From: Mobula hypostoma | Lineage: Eukaryota | DNA: 64,000 nucleotides | Reading direction: 5' to 3' | NCBI RefSeq assembly: GCF_963921235.1 | Contig: NC_086108.1 | Coordinates: 98,768,001 to 98,832,000 of the forward strand | Shown here: in pieces, positions 11,858 to 24,392 of the stretch | How positions within the stretch are numbered: the first letter of the stretch is position 1 | Layout: each line of letters opens with the position of its first letter | Program-made: the position numbers and the translations under genes | The notes under the pieces: model-generated | Told to the model about the DNA's origin: nothing | Seen by the model: the letters and a program-made list of their open reading frames with translations, nothing else | The model's database searches: none

Positions 11858-12050
11858 GGACATTCCAAAGACTTCAGAAATGCAGTCACTGTTACATTGT
11901 AGGCAGAAGCTAATTTGCGCAAAATTAAGTCCCATAAACAGTGAGCTCTATGACCCTATTGTATTTTTGCTGGGTAACTTGTTGGCCAGGGTATTGGAAC
12001 AACTTCCCTGCTTTTTATAATAGTTCTGTCTGAAATTTTACATAGATCTG
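11858..12050 (-). mobile_element. DeuSINE (SacSINE1/AmnSINE1-like) central-domain remnant
   Basis: gtcactgtt..tgtagg..gctaatttgcgca..tcccataaacag..ttggccagg..aacttccctgct resembles the recalled Deu-domain consensus. Confidence 0.55.
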
Positions 12051-13556
12051 ATGTTCAAATCCATTGAAACTCAAACTTGGTGTTGAGGCAAGACCAAAAA
12101 CTGATGTGACATGGGTTGGCCCAAATTGCAGCATTCGATTTCCCCCTTTTTCACTCAAGGCATTTCTTATGGCTTTGTTTAGAATGAGATATGGCCTGTC
12201 AAGGCTCTTGCGTCTCTGCAGACCAGTGGTTTCCGTTACAGAGCACTTTCTCAAACTGGAGTGTTCTGCTTTGAGAACAACTGCTTGCCTCTCCTTGAGG
12301 CGAATTTGGAGTTTTGTTCGTCAGTCATGTAAGGCTGAGCAAAAAGGAATAATGCAGCAGGATTTTTTTTTTTGTTTGTTTTGATTTAAGACCTAACTTT
12401 TCCATTTTCTACACCTGGCCAAAGCTCGGATGGTCATCTGAGTTAACACTTTTCTTTCACCTCTAGGACCTGGATTTATATCCAGAGAGATGGGATAGGA
12501 GTCTGTTCTCTGTAAGGGTCCTTAAAGTGAAATCATTTTGAGCCATCTCAATCCAGTACACAGTAGGTATGTGTCTACTGAACAAAATGTTCCTTCATTT
12601 AGCACTAGCAGATTTCCTATGGTGTTAAAAGTGGCAATTGATTAGCTGGTATTTTGGTAGCGCTAATGAACTTCACACATAATTGATCTATTCTTGCTGG
12701 ATGTTAATATTAAATGGGTAGAGTGTCCTTTCATAAACTCAAAACAGTTGCTTACCTCAATGAAACTAGAACAAGGATGAGCACTTTGATTTTTTTTCTG
12801 TTATTTGTAAGATGTTTAGATTGATATAACAATATAGTTAAATGTGGTCATTCTCTCATTTCATATGAACATAATAGATATGAATGGATCTTTGTATTTA
12901 ACTGATTGTATATGCCAGTGACTCTTATGCGTGGCATGCAGTGTTATAATTTGAGCGGCGGATGGGATTTTCTGTGGAGGGCTTTAAACCATTGGTGCAA
13001 ATAATGAGGGGGGAGGGGGAAGAATAAGAGCAAGTCTGAATTGTTCGTCTGGCTCCGACAGCCTAACAGTTCGGCGAGCAGGGATTTCAGTTCTGCAGGC
13101 TGATCCCAATGGAAAATTCAATGGTGCAGCCTGAGCAGTTGCTGGCAGCCGAACAGGCAATTTTTTGTTCATAGTTAATTTAAAATAATTTTACTGAACT
13201 GAAGAGTTATGACCATGTTGGTCATCTTAATGCACAATGTATGGCACAAATGCATTGAAATACTGCCATCCAGTTGGTTTTATATTAACACATACTGATG
13301 TCTTAAGTTCAGCAGGAGCTGTGTAAAACTGTCTACACCCCTGTTTGGCTTTCTGCCAGTACAAGATTGATTGGATGGGTACCGTTATGGGTGCAGTACT
13401 TTCCAAGTGTGTTTGGAAATTTTTGCTGGCCACTTGCAGTTTTAATATAAACTTCCATTTCTTCTGAGAATCATTTAATGCCCTCATTCGTCACGGACTT
13501 CTGTTCATGCCATTGGCACTTGATTTTGTCTAATACTCTGCCACTTTTACCGTTAG

Positions 13557-13838
13557 AAATTTGCGCAGTGTCCAGAATTCCGAAGAAAGAAATAGGCCGC
13601 TGCTTCAAGCTAATTCTGAAAGCTCTGGAAACCAGTGTGGATCTAATCACGACAGGAGACTTTATGTCCCGGTTCTGTTCAAACTTGGGGTTGCCTAAAC
13701 AGGTACAAATGGCTGCAACGCATATCGCAAGGAAAGCCGTGGAACTGGATTTGGTCCCTGGCAGGAGTCCAATTTCGGTGGCTGCAGCAGCAATTTATAT
13801 GGCATCACAAGCTTCCGCAGACAAAAGGACACAGAAAG
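13557..13838 (+). CDS. GTF2B: TFIIB exon 6 ([48 protein letters not shown]...[12 protein letters not shown])
   Basis: Within ORF 13478..14011; ttAG acceptor at 13555-13556, GTaagc donor at 13839; 282 nt. Confidence 0.97.
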
Positions 13839-14496
13839 GTAAGCAAGCTTCTAATCTGTTGTTCAAGAATAATGGTATTTTGTACTTGATTTATGTACCC
13901 AACTGCATAAATATTTGTGAAAATAAAGGATCCACAGGGAAGGAAATATGTATTCATCTAAAACTGATTTCTGCCCATGATCACCCTGCTTCACTACCTA
14001 CCCCCCACTGATTCCCTCTCCAGCACTCTGACATCTCCTTTTCCTCCCACGGGGAACCCCATCCCTCCTTGTATCTGTCTCCCATGCTTTTTTTTTTAAA
14101 CCATCTCCTCACCTCCCAAGCTCATAAAGTACCAATATTTGAAGTTCTTACATGGCTTGTGATAAATGTGAGGATTGTGTTTCTCTTCGCGTGTCCCTCA
14201 CCAGTTGTCGGTGTCTCAGAGTGATGTGTTGGTCATTCTGAAACAGCAAGAAGTACTTCCTTGCAGTGTGTAATGGATCTGATGAGTTCTGTACCTAAGG
14301 GCAGTGAAGATCTAGTATATTCTCGATATGGTATTTATACAGAATGATTAGTTCCTCCATGTACAAGTAAGTATATTAGAAGAAAAAATTCAGTTGGGCC
14401 TGAAGCTGACAGTGATTCATGGGTATTATATCAGCAGGGAATGAAGACTGGCTGTATCCTGAATCTAATTGATGTTTATTTTTTATTCCCCTGCAG

Positions 14497-14630
14497 AAAT
14501 TGGAGACATTGCTGGTGTGGCTGATGTCACAATTAGGCAGTCGTACAGACTCATCTATCCACGAGCAGCTGACCTTTTCCCTGCTGAATTTAAATTTGAT
14601 ACTCCGGTCGACAAGCTGCCCCAATTATAA
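14497..14630 (+). CDS. GTF2B: TFIIB exon 7, coding part ([44 protein letters not shown])
   Basis: ctgcAG acceptor; TAA at 14628-14630; C-terminus matches vertebrate TFIIB. Confidence 0.97.
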
Positions 14631-15527
14631 TCCGGACTGGTCTGCACAGAATGTACACAGTTATTGTTTTAAAATATGAAAAAATTTTTTCCCCTTAAAC
14701 ATTTGAAACAAGATAATATTATCACTGGTTTTTGAAACCTACTACAGTGAACAACTTGAGAACCAATAAGGCAGCAGAGGAGTATGCCCTCTCGAGATAC
14801 AGCACATACATTCCGAGGCTGAATTTCAAGACTGTTTGTACTTGCCAGATAATTTGTATATTTGCAAGTTAGGAATTTATACTTAGATAGATCGTTACTT
14901 TGTATATAATATGCAAATTTGGGATATTGTTTTGTGAAAGGCTGCTGACAGATTAGCTCATTCACAGAATTTTTTTTGGTAGAACTCCTAACTTGTAACT
15001 TGACAGACCTATATTCAGGTTAATTAAATGCTTGTCTTTTCCTTTTATTAATCTACACGATTTCTTGAACTTCATATTTGGTATTTATTGTTAAGAAATG
15101 GTTACTAAGCTTTAAAATTGCACTTACCATCAGCTTAGTTTCAGGTTTTCAGGAAAGCTTGTAGGTTGTTTAGGTAATGTATTGAACTACATTTTTTTTG
15201 TTTTTGGTGATTTTATCTGTGCAAGGAAAATTGCACTGAAGTGTGCAGTATTTGTGTCCCTGAAGCTCTAAATTGCTTATTTTAGAAGGGGAGATTTGTT
15301 GTGTACTGGTTTCACTGAAAAAATGTGTGTTTGTACAGAAAGTAATCAATTAGCTAACATTGAGGGGTCATTTTCTAAAGCAGCAGCTCCATTTTGCATC
15401 AGTGTTATATGAGTTACACAACATATGTCGCTCAAAGTTCCTTTTAGTAGCATGTGGGAAATGCTTTAATGATCGTTAAAGTAAGCTAATAATATCTAGA
15501 TGGCTTTTGTGATTGTACAGATAAATG

Positions 15528-15533
15528 AATAAA
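15528..15533 (+). promoter_or_regulatory. GTF2B: Probable GTF2B polyadenylation signal (3' UTR about 14631-15555)
   Basis: AATAAA about 900 nt after the stop, TGTA upstream and T/GT-rich sequence downstream; the UTR also has a Pumilio-type TGTATATA at 14901-14908. Confidence 0.6.
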
Positions 15534-15779
15534 AACAACAAATCTAACTTTGTTTCATAAAACTATGTTAGCCAAAGCTATTTGTTTTCTTTCAACTTTT
15601 ATTCCCCTGTGAAACTTGTGTTTATAAGTTTAAGAAACTCGGGATGGATTCACTTCATCCCGTGCCTACCTGTTTCAGTTTTGCCAAGACAGAACACTCT
15701 TAATCAAGTCTTATGTTTCCACGGCAAGTGTGTGTCATTCAAAGGGGAAAGATATGATGGAGCCAGGGAGTCATACTTC

Positions 15780-16270
15780 TGGAAGCAACAATTTAAGATC
15801 ACAGATCTTTCAGTTCTGTATCGTCCACTGTCCATTTCTCTTCAAAGGTGCAGTCTGGAAAATTCCAATCACCTAAAGGAGGAACTTAAAATCTCCAGGC
15901 TTATTCCTTTATTTAGCAAGGGCAGGAGGCTGTTCAGTGGTGGGGAAACTCCAAAAGGATAAAACTTGTGGAGTGGCAGGGACTGTCACCGTGGCTTTAC
16001 CTGGGAAACCTGCTTCAATGGTTTGATTTTTTTTTTAGGAGATGATTGGAACATTGATGGAGGCAGAGCAGAAGGTTGACCCTCATGGGATCCAAAACAA
16101 GCTGGAGCCTCCGCTTCATCCACCAAAAGCAGAACATCCCAGTGGCCAAACATTCTGATTGCATTCCCTGTACCCAATCTGATATATTGGTCCATTGCCT
16201 CCTCTTGCGCTGGAATGGGGCTGCCCTTGGGGTGGAAACCTTGTGTTCCTTCTTTGAGCGACACCTTATG
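15780..16270. mobile_element. Old Penelope-like remnant
   Basis: Degenerate GIY-YIG C-terminus (IPVAKH...SDILVHCLL) at 16130-16250 and an oppositely oriented fragment upstream. Confidence 0.5.
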
Positions 16271-16563
16271 GCACGTTTGTCTTCATAGGTCTGGGCAGAG
16301 AATATAAAAGTTGGAAAGTTATGTTGTAATTTTACAAATTATTGGTCAGACTTATTTATTGCAAATGTCACTCCACTCTTTAAGAAGGGAGGAAGACAAA
16401 AGAGAGGAAATTATAGGCCAGTTAGCCTAACCTCAGTGGTCGGGGAAAACGTTAAGAGTTCATTACTAAGGATGAGGTTTCGGGGTATTTGGAGTTTAAT
16501 GATAAAATAAGTCAAAGTCAGCATGGTTTCTATAAAGGGAAATCTTGCTTGACAAATCTCTTA

Positions 16564-16767
16564 AACAACAGGAATTCTGCAGATGCTGGAAATTCAAGCA
16601 ACACACATCAAAGTTGCTGGTGAACGCAGCAGGCCAGGCAGCATCTATAGGAAGAGGCGCAGTCGACGTTTCAGTCCTGACGAAGGGTCTCGGCCTGAAA
16701 CGTCGACTGCGCCTCTTCCTATAGATGCTGCCTGGCCTGCTGCGTTCACCAGCAACTTTGATGTGTG
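16564..16767 (-). mobile_element. Miniature perfect fold-back Penelope-like insertion
   Basis: 19-bp TSD TTGCTTGACAAATCTCTTA (16545-16563, 16768-16786); perfect 81-nt arms 16594-16674 and 16695-16775. Confidence 0.92.
16672..16709 (+). ncRNA. Minimal type I hammerhead ribozyme motif, intact core
   Basis: CAGUC-CUGACGA-AGG(gucucgg)CCU-GAAA-C-GUC-GACUG; 5-bp stem I; predicted cleavage after 16704. Confidence 0.8.
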
Positions 16768-17980
16768 TTGCTTGACAAATCTCTTAGAATTTTTCAAGGA
16801 AGTAACATGCAGGGTGGACAAAGGAAAGACAGTGGGTGTCATTTACTTAGATTTTCAGAAGGCATCTGATAGTGCCTTACATAACACTGCTTAACAAGAT
16901 AAAATCCTATGGTGTTACAGGAAAGATACTGGCATGGATAGAGGAAAAGTTGACAGGCAAGAGACAGTGAGTGGGAATAAAGGGGACCTGTTCTGGCTAG
17001 CTGCTGGTGACTAGTGTTCCTCAGGGGTCTGTATTGGGACAGCTACTTTTCACATTGTTTGTCAATGATTTAGATAGTGGAATTGATGGCTTTGTGGATG
17101 ATACAAAGATAGTTGGAGGGGTAGGTAGTGCTGAGGAAGCAATGTGATTTCGGCAGGGCTGAGACAAATTGGAAGAATGGGCAAAAAAGAGGCATTGTTG
17201 GGAAATGTATGATAATACATTTTGGTAAAAGGAACAATAGTGCAGTCCTTGTGCAAGACTCCCAGAAGGTTAATTCACAGGTTGAGTCTGTGGTAAAGAA
17301 GGCAAATGCAATGTTGGCATTTATGTCAAGGGAAATAGAATATAAAAACAAGGAGATAATGCTGAAGCTTTGTAAGACACTAGTCAGGATGCACTTGGAG
17401 TATTGTCAAGTTTTTGGCCCCTTAGAAAGGATTTCATTGAGAGTCCAGAGGAGGTTCACAAGGATGATTCCAGGAATGAATGGGTTAACATATGAGGAGC
17501 ATTTGGCAGCTTTGGGCCTGTACTCACTGGAATTTAAAAGAATGCGTGGGGACCTCATTGAAACTTACTGAATGTTGAAAGACTAGATAAGGTAGATGGG
17601 GAGAGGATGGTGGGGATATCCAGAACTAGAGGGCACTGCCTCAAAACTGAGGGGTGACCTTTTAGAACAGAAGTAAGGAGGAATTTTTTTTAGCCAAACT
17701 AGTCCATCTGTGGAATGCTCTGCCACAGACTGCAGTGGAGGCCAAGTCCGTGGGTGTATTTAAAGTGGAAATTGATAGCTTCCTAATTGGGGCATCAAGG
17801 TGAGAGGGCAGGTGTGTGGAGTTGAGTGGGATCTGGGATCAGCCATGATGAAATGGTGGAGCAGACTCGATGAGCTGAATGGCTTAATTCTGCTCCCATG
17901 TCTTATGGACTTCATTTGGAGTATTATGTGCAGTTCAGGTCACCACAGTAGGTTTTTATATAAATATAGGTATATACGTA

Positions 17981-18370
17981 ACACTCACAAAATGCTGGAG
18001 GAACTCAGGAGGCCAGGCAGCTTCTATGAAAAAAGCATAAACAGTCGATGTTTAGGGCTGATGAAGTGTCTTGGCCCCAAAAGTCAACTGTTGACTCTTT
18101 TTAAAAATGCAAATACAAGGAAATCTGCAGATGCTGGAAATCCAAGCAACACACACCAAAAATGCTGGTGAATGCAGCAGGCCAGGCAGCATCTATAGGA
18201 AGAGGTACGGTGGACGTTTCGGGCCGAGACCCTTGGCCTGCGTTCACCAGCATTTTTGGTGTGTGTTGTTGACTTTTTTTCATAGATGCTGCCTGGTCTA
18301 CTGAGTTCCTCCAGCATTTTGTGGGTTTTGCTTGGATTTCCAGCACCTGCAGATTTTGTTCTTGTTTGTA
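17981..18370. mobile_element. Older fold-back Penelope mini-element with a younger one nested at 18103-18266
   Basis: Outer arms acaaaatgctggaggaactcag / ctgagttcctccagcattttgt; inner TSD TGTTGACT(C/T)TTTTT (18089-18102, 18267-18280). Confidence 0.8.
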
Positions 18371-19312
18371 ATATTTGTAACATGGTCTGTTTTCAGCACT
18401 TCCAGTTTGGACCCACCAAGGATCTCGGATACCTGCATTCACTTGATGCTTCTCCCATGCCTTCCATGGAGCAAAAGAACATTAGGGGTGACTTGATATA
18501 AGTATATAAAATTATGGGGCATGGATAGAATGTGGTTTCAATTCACCTCATTCCTCTTTCTGGACTCCTATGTTCTAGTCTGTCATTAACAACGGCAGTA
18601 GTTTCTGGTTCGGGAATTTGCTGCCCAAAAATCTATCCACGCACTTTTATTAGGATCAACGATTTCTTGTCTGTGAAGCATTTCTGTACTTAATTGAAGC
18701 AATTTTGTGAATTCGAGATTGATTGTCTGATCTGTGTGCTGATCCTAGCTGTGTACTTCAGTAGGGTGGCAGAGAGTGCATATATATTACAGTTAGTGTG
18801 GACAAAAAGAAGGAACCCAAGCCTATGCCTAAAGCTGACGTAAGACCTCTTGGTGTGTAGCCCATTCTATGTAATTACTGTTGAGGGAGAAGAAGTGGTC
18901 ACACAGGTACTCCAGCCTTTGACTTGCCTCCATTGATATACTGTGGGACTTCCAGGCCTATCTGTTGGAGGACGTACTGGAATGATAATGGGATGGCTGT
19001 TAATTGAAAGGTGCATTGGCTAATCGCTTGCATCTTCCAACAGTGGCTGTGTTCTTAAATGGAGCTTAGTAACTTACTGCAATAACATATCACCTCCAAA
19101 AACAAGAACATTGTAGGAATCAATGTGTGCAAGGCTATGTGAAACAAAGCTGAGAACTCAGTACAAAGGCTGCTTAAAATAGGCAGCAACAGGATTTACC
19201 GGATGAAGAAGCAGTTGAACAGAGAGGATGCAGAGTTAAAGCAGAAATTGCATTCGATAAGAGATTTGACAACCAGGTAAGGCAAAAGTAATGACCCAAG
19301 CAAGTTCTGGAA

Positions 19313-19949
19313 CACATACAAAATGCTGGAGGCATTCACTTGCCAGAATAGACAACATCTATGAAAATGAATAAACAGTTGACGTTTCTGGCTGTGGCCC
19401 CTCATTGGAACTGGAAAGGACTAAGGTGTAAGATAGGTGAAAAGAGAAGGGCTAAAAGGGGGGCCAGAGTGGGAAATGGATGAAGAGTGGAGAAAATCAC
19501 CAGAAATTAGAGAAATCAATGTTCATGCCTTCAGGTTGGAGGCTACCCTGATGAAATGAAGTGTTGCTCCTCCAACCTGAGAGTGGCCTCGGTAGAAGAG
19601 GCCATTGACCAACTTGCCCTGCTGACCCTCCCTCCCTTTATCCCATGTTCCATTCTCCTATCAGATTCCTTCTTCAGGCCTTCTACCTTTTCCACCTATC
19701 ATTTTCCAACTTCTTACTTCCTCCTCCACCTACCTGGCTTCTTCTGACACATAGCTTGTACTCCTTCCCCTCTACCCCCCACCACCTTATTCTGGCTTCT
19801 TCCCCCTCCCTTTCCAGTCCTGATGTAGGGTCTCGGCCCAAAACTTCAATGGTGTTCATGTCCATAGATGCTGCCTGATGTTTTGAATTCCTCCAGCATT
19901 TTGTATGTGTTACTCTGGATTTCCAACATCTACAGAATCTCTTGTGTTA
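19313..19949. mobile_element. Older fold-back Penelope-like insertion with degenerate hammerheads
   Basis: Inverted termini; TSD-like AAGTTCT(G/T)GAA (19302-19312, 19950-19960). Confidence 0.75.
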
Positions 19950-21989
19950 AAGTTCTTGAATAACTGTCTTTGACTTTTGGTTAATGTGTTTTTGTCATAT
20001 CCAATGCCCAGATCTTATGCCATCTATGAAATTTAAAAATATACCTTGTTCTTTTAAGAAAGTATTCTAAAGGTTTCCTGAATGCATTAAGGGTCCCAAA
20101 AGCCAGTTCACTATGGTTCTAACCAGAAGCCTTTAATCATTGTGGAAGCTGGTGAAGAGCCAATTGTAGCAACTTGAGCCTTTGACCTGTCTTGTACTAT
20201 TCACTGTTACCCTGCTATAGAGTCATAGTCAAAAGACCATAAGACATAGGAGCAAAAGTATTCCATTCATCCCATCAAGTCTGCTCCACCATTCCATCAT
20301 GGCTGATTTATTATCCCTCTCAACCCCATTGAAGTTCAATGGTCAATTGACTACATGTATACAACCAGATGAAACAATGTTCCCCTGGACCATGGGGTAT
20401 CCACAAAACGTATATCAGATCCAGCGCGTTAACCAAAATATAACTAGAATATAATTCAAAGTGCATTTAGTGTGCAGCACAGGTAAACAGTAAACTGTTC
20501 ACTCATTGTGATGTGTCCTCAGTGATGGTGGAATATGTATTAGTCTCCCAGCTTGAGGGAAGAAACTGTTACTCAGTCTGACAGTCCTAGTCCAAATGCT
20601 GCTGAACTGCTTTTCTGATGGTAGCTGGTCAAAAAGACTGAGATGATGAGTGGAAGGGATTCTCAACAATGTTTCTGTCCTACCTTCTCCCCATAAACTT
20701 TGACCCCATAATTAAACAAGCTATCAACCTCCGCTTTAAATATACCCAATTACTTAGCCTCCCTAGCCAATGAATTCCACAGATTTCTCACACTCTGGCT
20801 AAAGAAATTCCTCTCTGATCTGTTCAAAATGGATGTTCCATTCTGTAGCTCTGCCTACAGGTCCTTGACTCACCACTATAGAAAATGTCCTCTGTCTAGG
20901 CCTTTCAATATTCAATTGGATTCAGTGATATCCTTCGTTCTTCTAAACTGTTGTGAATTCAGGCCCTGAGCCAGCATATATTAACCCTTTCATTCCTGGA
21001 TTAATTCTTGCTGACCACCTCTGGACTGTCTCCAATGACAACACATCTTTTCTTTGATAAGGTGTCCGAAACTGTGCAGTTTCCAAGTGCAGTCTGACCA
21101 ATGCCTTATAAAGCCTCAATATTACATCCTTGCTTTTATATTCTAGTCCTCTCATAATGAAATTGCTTTCCTTGCCACTGACTCAAACTGCAAGTTAATC
21201 TTTTGAGAATCCTGCACAAGAACTTTCAAGTCCCTTTGCACCTTTGATTTTTGTATTTTCTCCCTGTTTAGAATATAGTCTGCCTTTATTCCTTCTACCA
21301 AAGTATATGAATATACATTTCCCTACACTATGTTGTACCTGCCACTTTGCCCATTCTAAATTCTTCTGGAGATTTCCTGCTTCCTCAAAATTACCGGTGC
21401 AACCAACTGTCTCTGAATTGACCACAAACTCGGCCACAAAGCCATCAATTCCAGCATTCAAATCATTGACGTATAATGTGAAAAGAAGCAGTCCCAACGA
21501 TGACCCCTGTGGAATATTACTAGTCACCAGCAGCCAACCAGAAAAAGCCCCCTTTATTTCCCCTCTTTGCCTTCTGCCAGTCAGCCAGTCTAATTTCAAT
21601 GTACATATCTTGCCTATAATTTCATGGGCTCTTATTGTTAAGCAGCCTCATGGGTGGCACCTTGTCAAAGGCCTTCTGAAAATTCAAATAAACAACATCC
21701 TCTGACTCTTCTTAACCTATCCTGCCCATTATTTCCTCAAAGAATTCAAGCAAATTTGTCAGGTAAGATTTCCCCTCACAGAAACCATATTGACTTTGAC
21801 CTATTATGTGCCCCCAACCTGAACTTAATGGATTCCAACATCTTCCCAACCACTGAAGTCAGGCTAACTAGCCTATAATTTCCTCTATTCTACCTCCCTC
21901 CCTTCTTAAAGAGTGGAGTGATATTTGGAATTTTCCAGTCCTCTAGAACCATTCCAAAATCTACTGATTCCTTAAGGATTTTATTATTG

Positions 21990-22522
21990 GGGGTTGTAGT
22001 GGGGATAAGCTCCCGCTACCTATTACATGCTCCCAATGGTGTGTGTCCCAGATAACCTCTGACAACCAAGTCCTGCTTCTCGTCTTCATGTTTGGCTTAG
22101 CTACTAAACCCAAAGGAACTGTTCCTACCAACAGAAGGGGCAAAGATGTGCAGGTGGGGCTTGTCAGCCGTGGTTGACAGCTCACCTGGGAGAAGGAAAA
22201 CTGTTCTCAAACCTCTGCTGCCTTGCGGCTGTACCCATTGATGATGGGAAAAGCTTTGAGGGTAAACCCCAAGGAAAAATCCAGAGCTGGAGGCCCGAAG
22301 GCAGTTCTACATTGACTTCAGTGCTGACTGGCAACTCTCGTGACGCCCCTGATGCCAAACAGTATTGATCTCTGACATTCCTTTAGATTGATCAGCTGCA
22401 TGGAGAGGGGGAGCCCGCTTACATGGGCAACAATTTGATCTCCATATTTTGCCCTGGCTTGCATATCATGTAGACAGCTGGGATGCAAAATCCATGGTCG
22501 GCCTCGACCAACTGAGGGCCTC
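21990..22522 (+). mobile_element. Non-coding RTE-like short element inserted in CR1
   Basis: Clean interruption of CR1 ORF2 with a degenerate duplication attattatt/attactaat; related tail fragment at about 57500-57590. Confidence 0.5.
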
Positions 22523-24339
22523 ATTACTAATGCTTCCACAATCTCTTCAGCGACCTCTTTTGGAACTATGGGGTGTACTCCATCTGCTTCAGGTGACTTA
22601 TCTACCTTTAGTCCTCTAGGCTTCTCAAGCGCCTTCTTCTTGGTAATAGTAATTACACTAACTTCTACCTCCGACACTCTTGAAGTTCTGACATATTGCT
22701 GGTATCTTCCACAGTGAAGACTGATATAAAATATTTATTAAGGCTGTCTGCCATTGCTACTTCTCCAGTACCATTTTCCAAAGGTCTGATAGCCACTCTC
22801 GCCTCTCTTTTACTCTATACGTCTGATAACTTTTGTAATTTTCTTTTATATTTTTGGTGAGCTTACCTTCATATTTAATCTCTTTCCTTATGGCTTTTTT
22901 AGTTGCTTTCGGTTGATTTTTTAAAAATCCCCAATTCTCGACTTTCCCCCTAATTTTTAATCTATTATATTCAAGATTCAAGTACAATTATTATAAATTA
23001 AACACCCTTGAGATTTGCTTGTTCACAGGTAGCCACAAAGCAAGAAACCCAAAAGAACCCAATTGAATAAGAATAAAATAAAAAGAAAAGACCAACATTC
23101 GACGTGCAAGGGGAAAAACACAAATCATGCAAACAATTGAACTGAACAACAGCAATCCAAACCAAAATGGAGTCCTCGGATCCAAACCCTGGAGCAGCGC
23201 AAAGCCTTGCTTATCAGTTCATCATCATAGTGGCCACGGAGTTGCACCTCCGATCTCAGCTGGTATTTATACCCTCTCTTTTGCTTTTAAGCTTTCTTTG
23301 ACTTCCCTTGTCAGCCTCAGTTGAGTCAACCTCCCTTTAGAAAGCTACTCCGACTTTGGGGTACATCTATCCTGTGCCTTTCGAATTGCCCCCAGAAACT
23401 CCAGCCGTTGCTGTTACGCCATCATCCCTGCTAGAGTTCCCTTCCAATCAACTTTGGCCGGGTACTGTCTCATGCCTCAATTTCTCTTTCCTCCACTGTA
23501 ATATTGATACATCTGACTTTTCTCCCTCAAGCTACAATTCTATCATATGATTACTGTCTCTTAACTGTTCTTTTACTTTATGCTCCCTAATTATGCTTTA
23601 TTACACAACATCCAATCCACAATAGCCTTTTTCCCTAATGGGCTTAACCACAAGCTGCTCTAAAAAGCCATCTCATATGCATTCTACAAATTCCATCTTG
23701 GGATGCAGCACCAACATGATTTTCCCAATCTACCTGTATATTGAAATTCCCCATGACTTTCCCAATCTACCTGCATATTGAAATTCCCCATCATTGCCCT
23801 TTTTACATACATTTTCTCTCTCCTGTTATAACTTGTAGCCCACATCCTGGTTACTGTTCAGACGCTGTATATGACTCCAGTCAGGGCCTTTTTACCCTTG
23901 CAGTTTCTTAACTCTATCCACAAGGATTCTACATCTTCTGATCGTATGTGTCATATTTCTGAGGATTTCATTTCATTTTATACCAACAGCCACCTCACAC
24001 CCTTTGCCTACCTACCTGTCCTTTCAGTACAATTTGTATCTTTGGATGTTAAGCTCCCCCTTTTTTTTTCCAGCCACAATTCAGTTATGCCCACAACATC
24101 ATACCTTGTCAATCTCTAACTGAGCTACAAAATCATCTACCTTATTCCGTATGTTGCGTGCATTCAAATGTAACATCTTCAATCCTGTTTTCATTACCCT
24201 TTTCGATTTTCCCCTCATGTTATACACTAACTACAATTTTGCCCTATCATTTTCCTGTCCTTCCTCACAGTCTCACTACACACTGCATCTACTTGTATGC
24301 CAATTGTCCCATCCTCAGCCCTATCACTTTAGTATACAC

Positions 24340-24392
24340 CAGGGGTTCCCAACCCTTTTTTATCTCATGGACTGAAGGGTCTGTGGACCCCT
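24340..24392 (+). mobile_element. hAT-type MITE fragment (one TIR only)
   Basis: Starts CAGGGGTTCCCAACC; second TIR not found. Confidence 0.4.

Larger units (their letters stand above)
16358..17910 (+). mobile_element. Decayed CR1 LINE RT fragment, interrupted at 16564-16767
   Basis: IANVTPLFKKG, YLDFQKA, VESVVKKANAMLAF, MRGDLIETY; CR1 tail. Confidence 0.9.

Noticed and set aside
12015..12384. Overlapping 79-aa and 106-aa ORFs as a nested gene
   Set aside because: No recognisable domain; all three frames after the nearest minus-strand acceptor hit stops
13478..14011. 177-aa ORF as a stand-alone gene
   Set aside because: Only 13557-13838 is TFIIB; the flanks are intron read-through bounded by canonical splice sites
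14279..14312. CTGATGAG..GAAG as a hammerhead ribozyme
   Set aside because: Lacks GAAA, a properly closed stem II and a stem I/cleavage triplet
23715..23791. 37-nt tandem duplication
   Set aside because: Local slippage inside a dead CR1 endonuclease region; two units only
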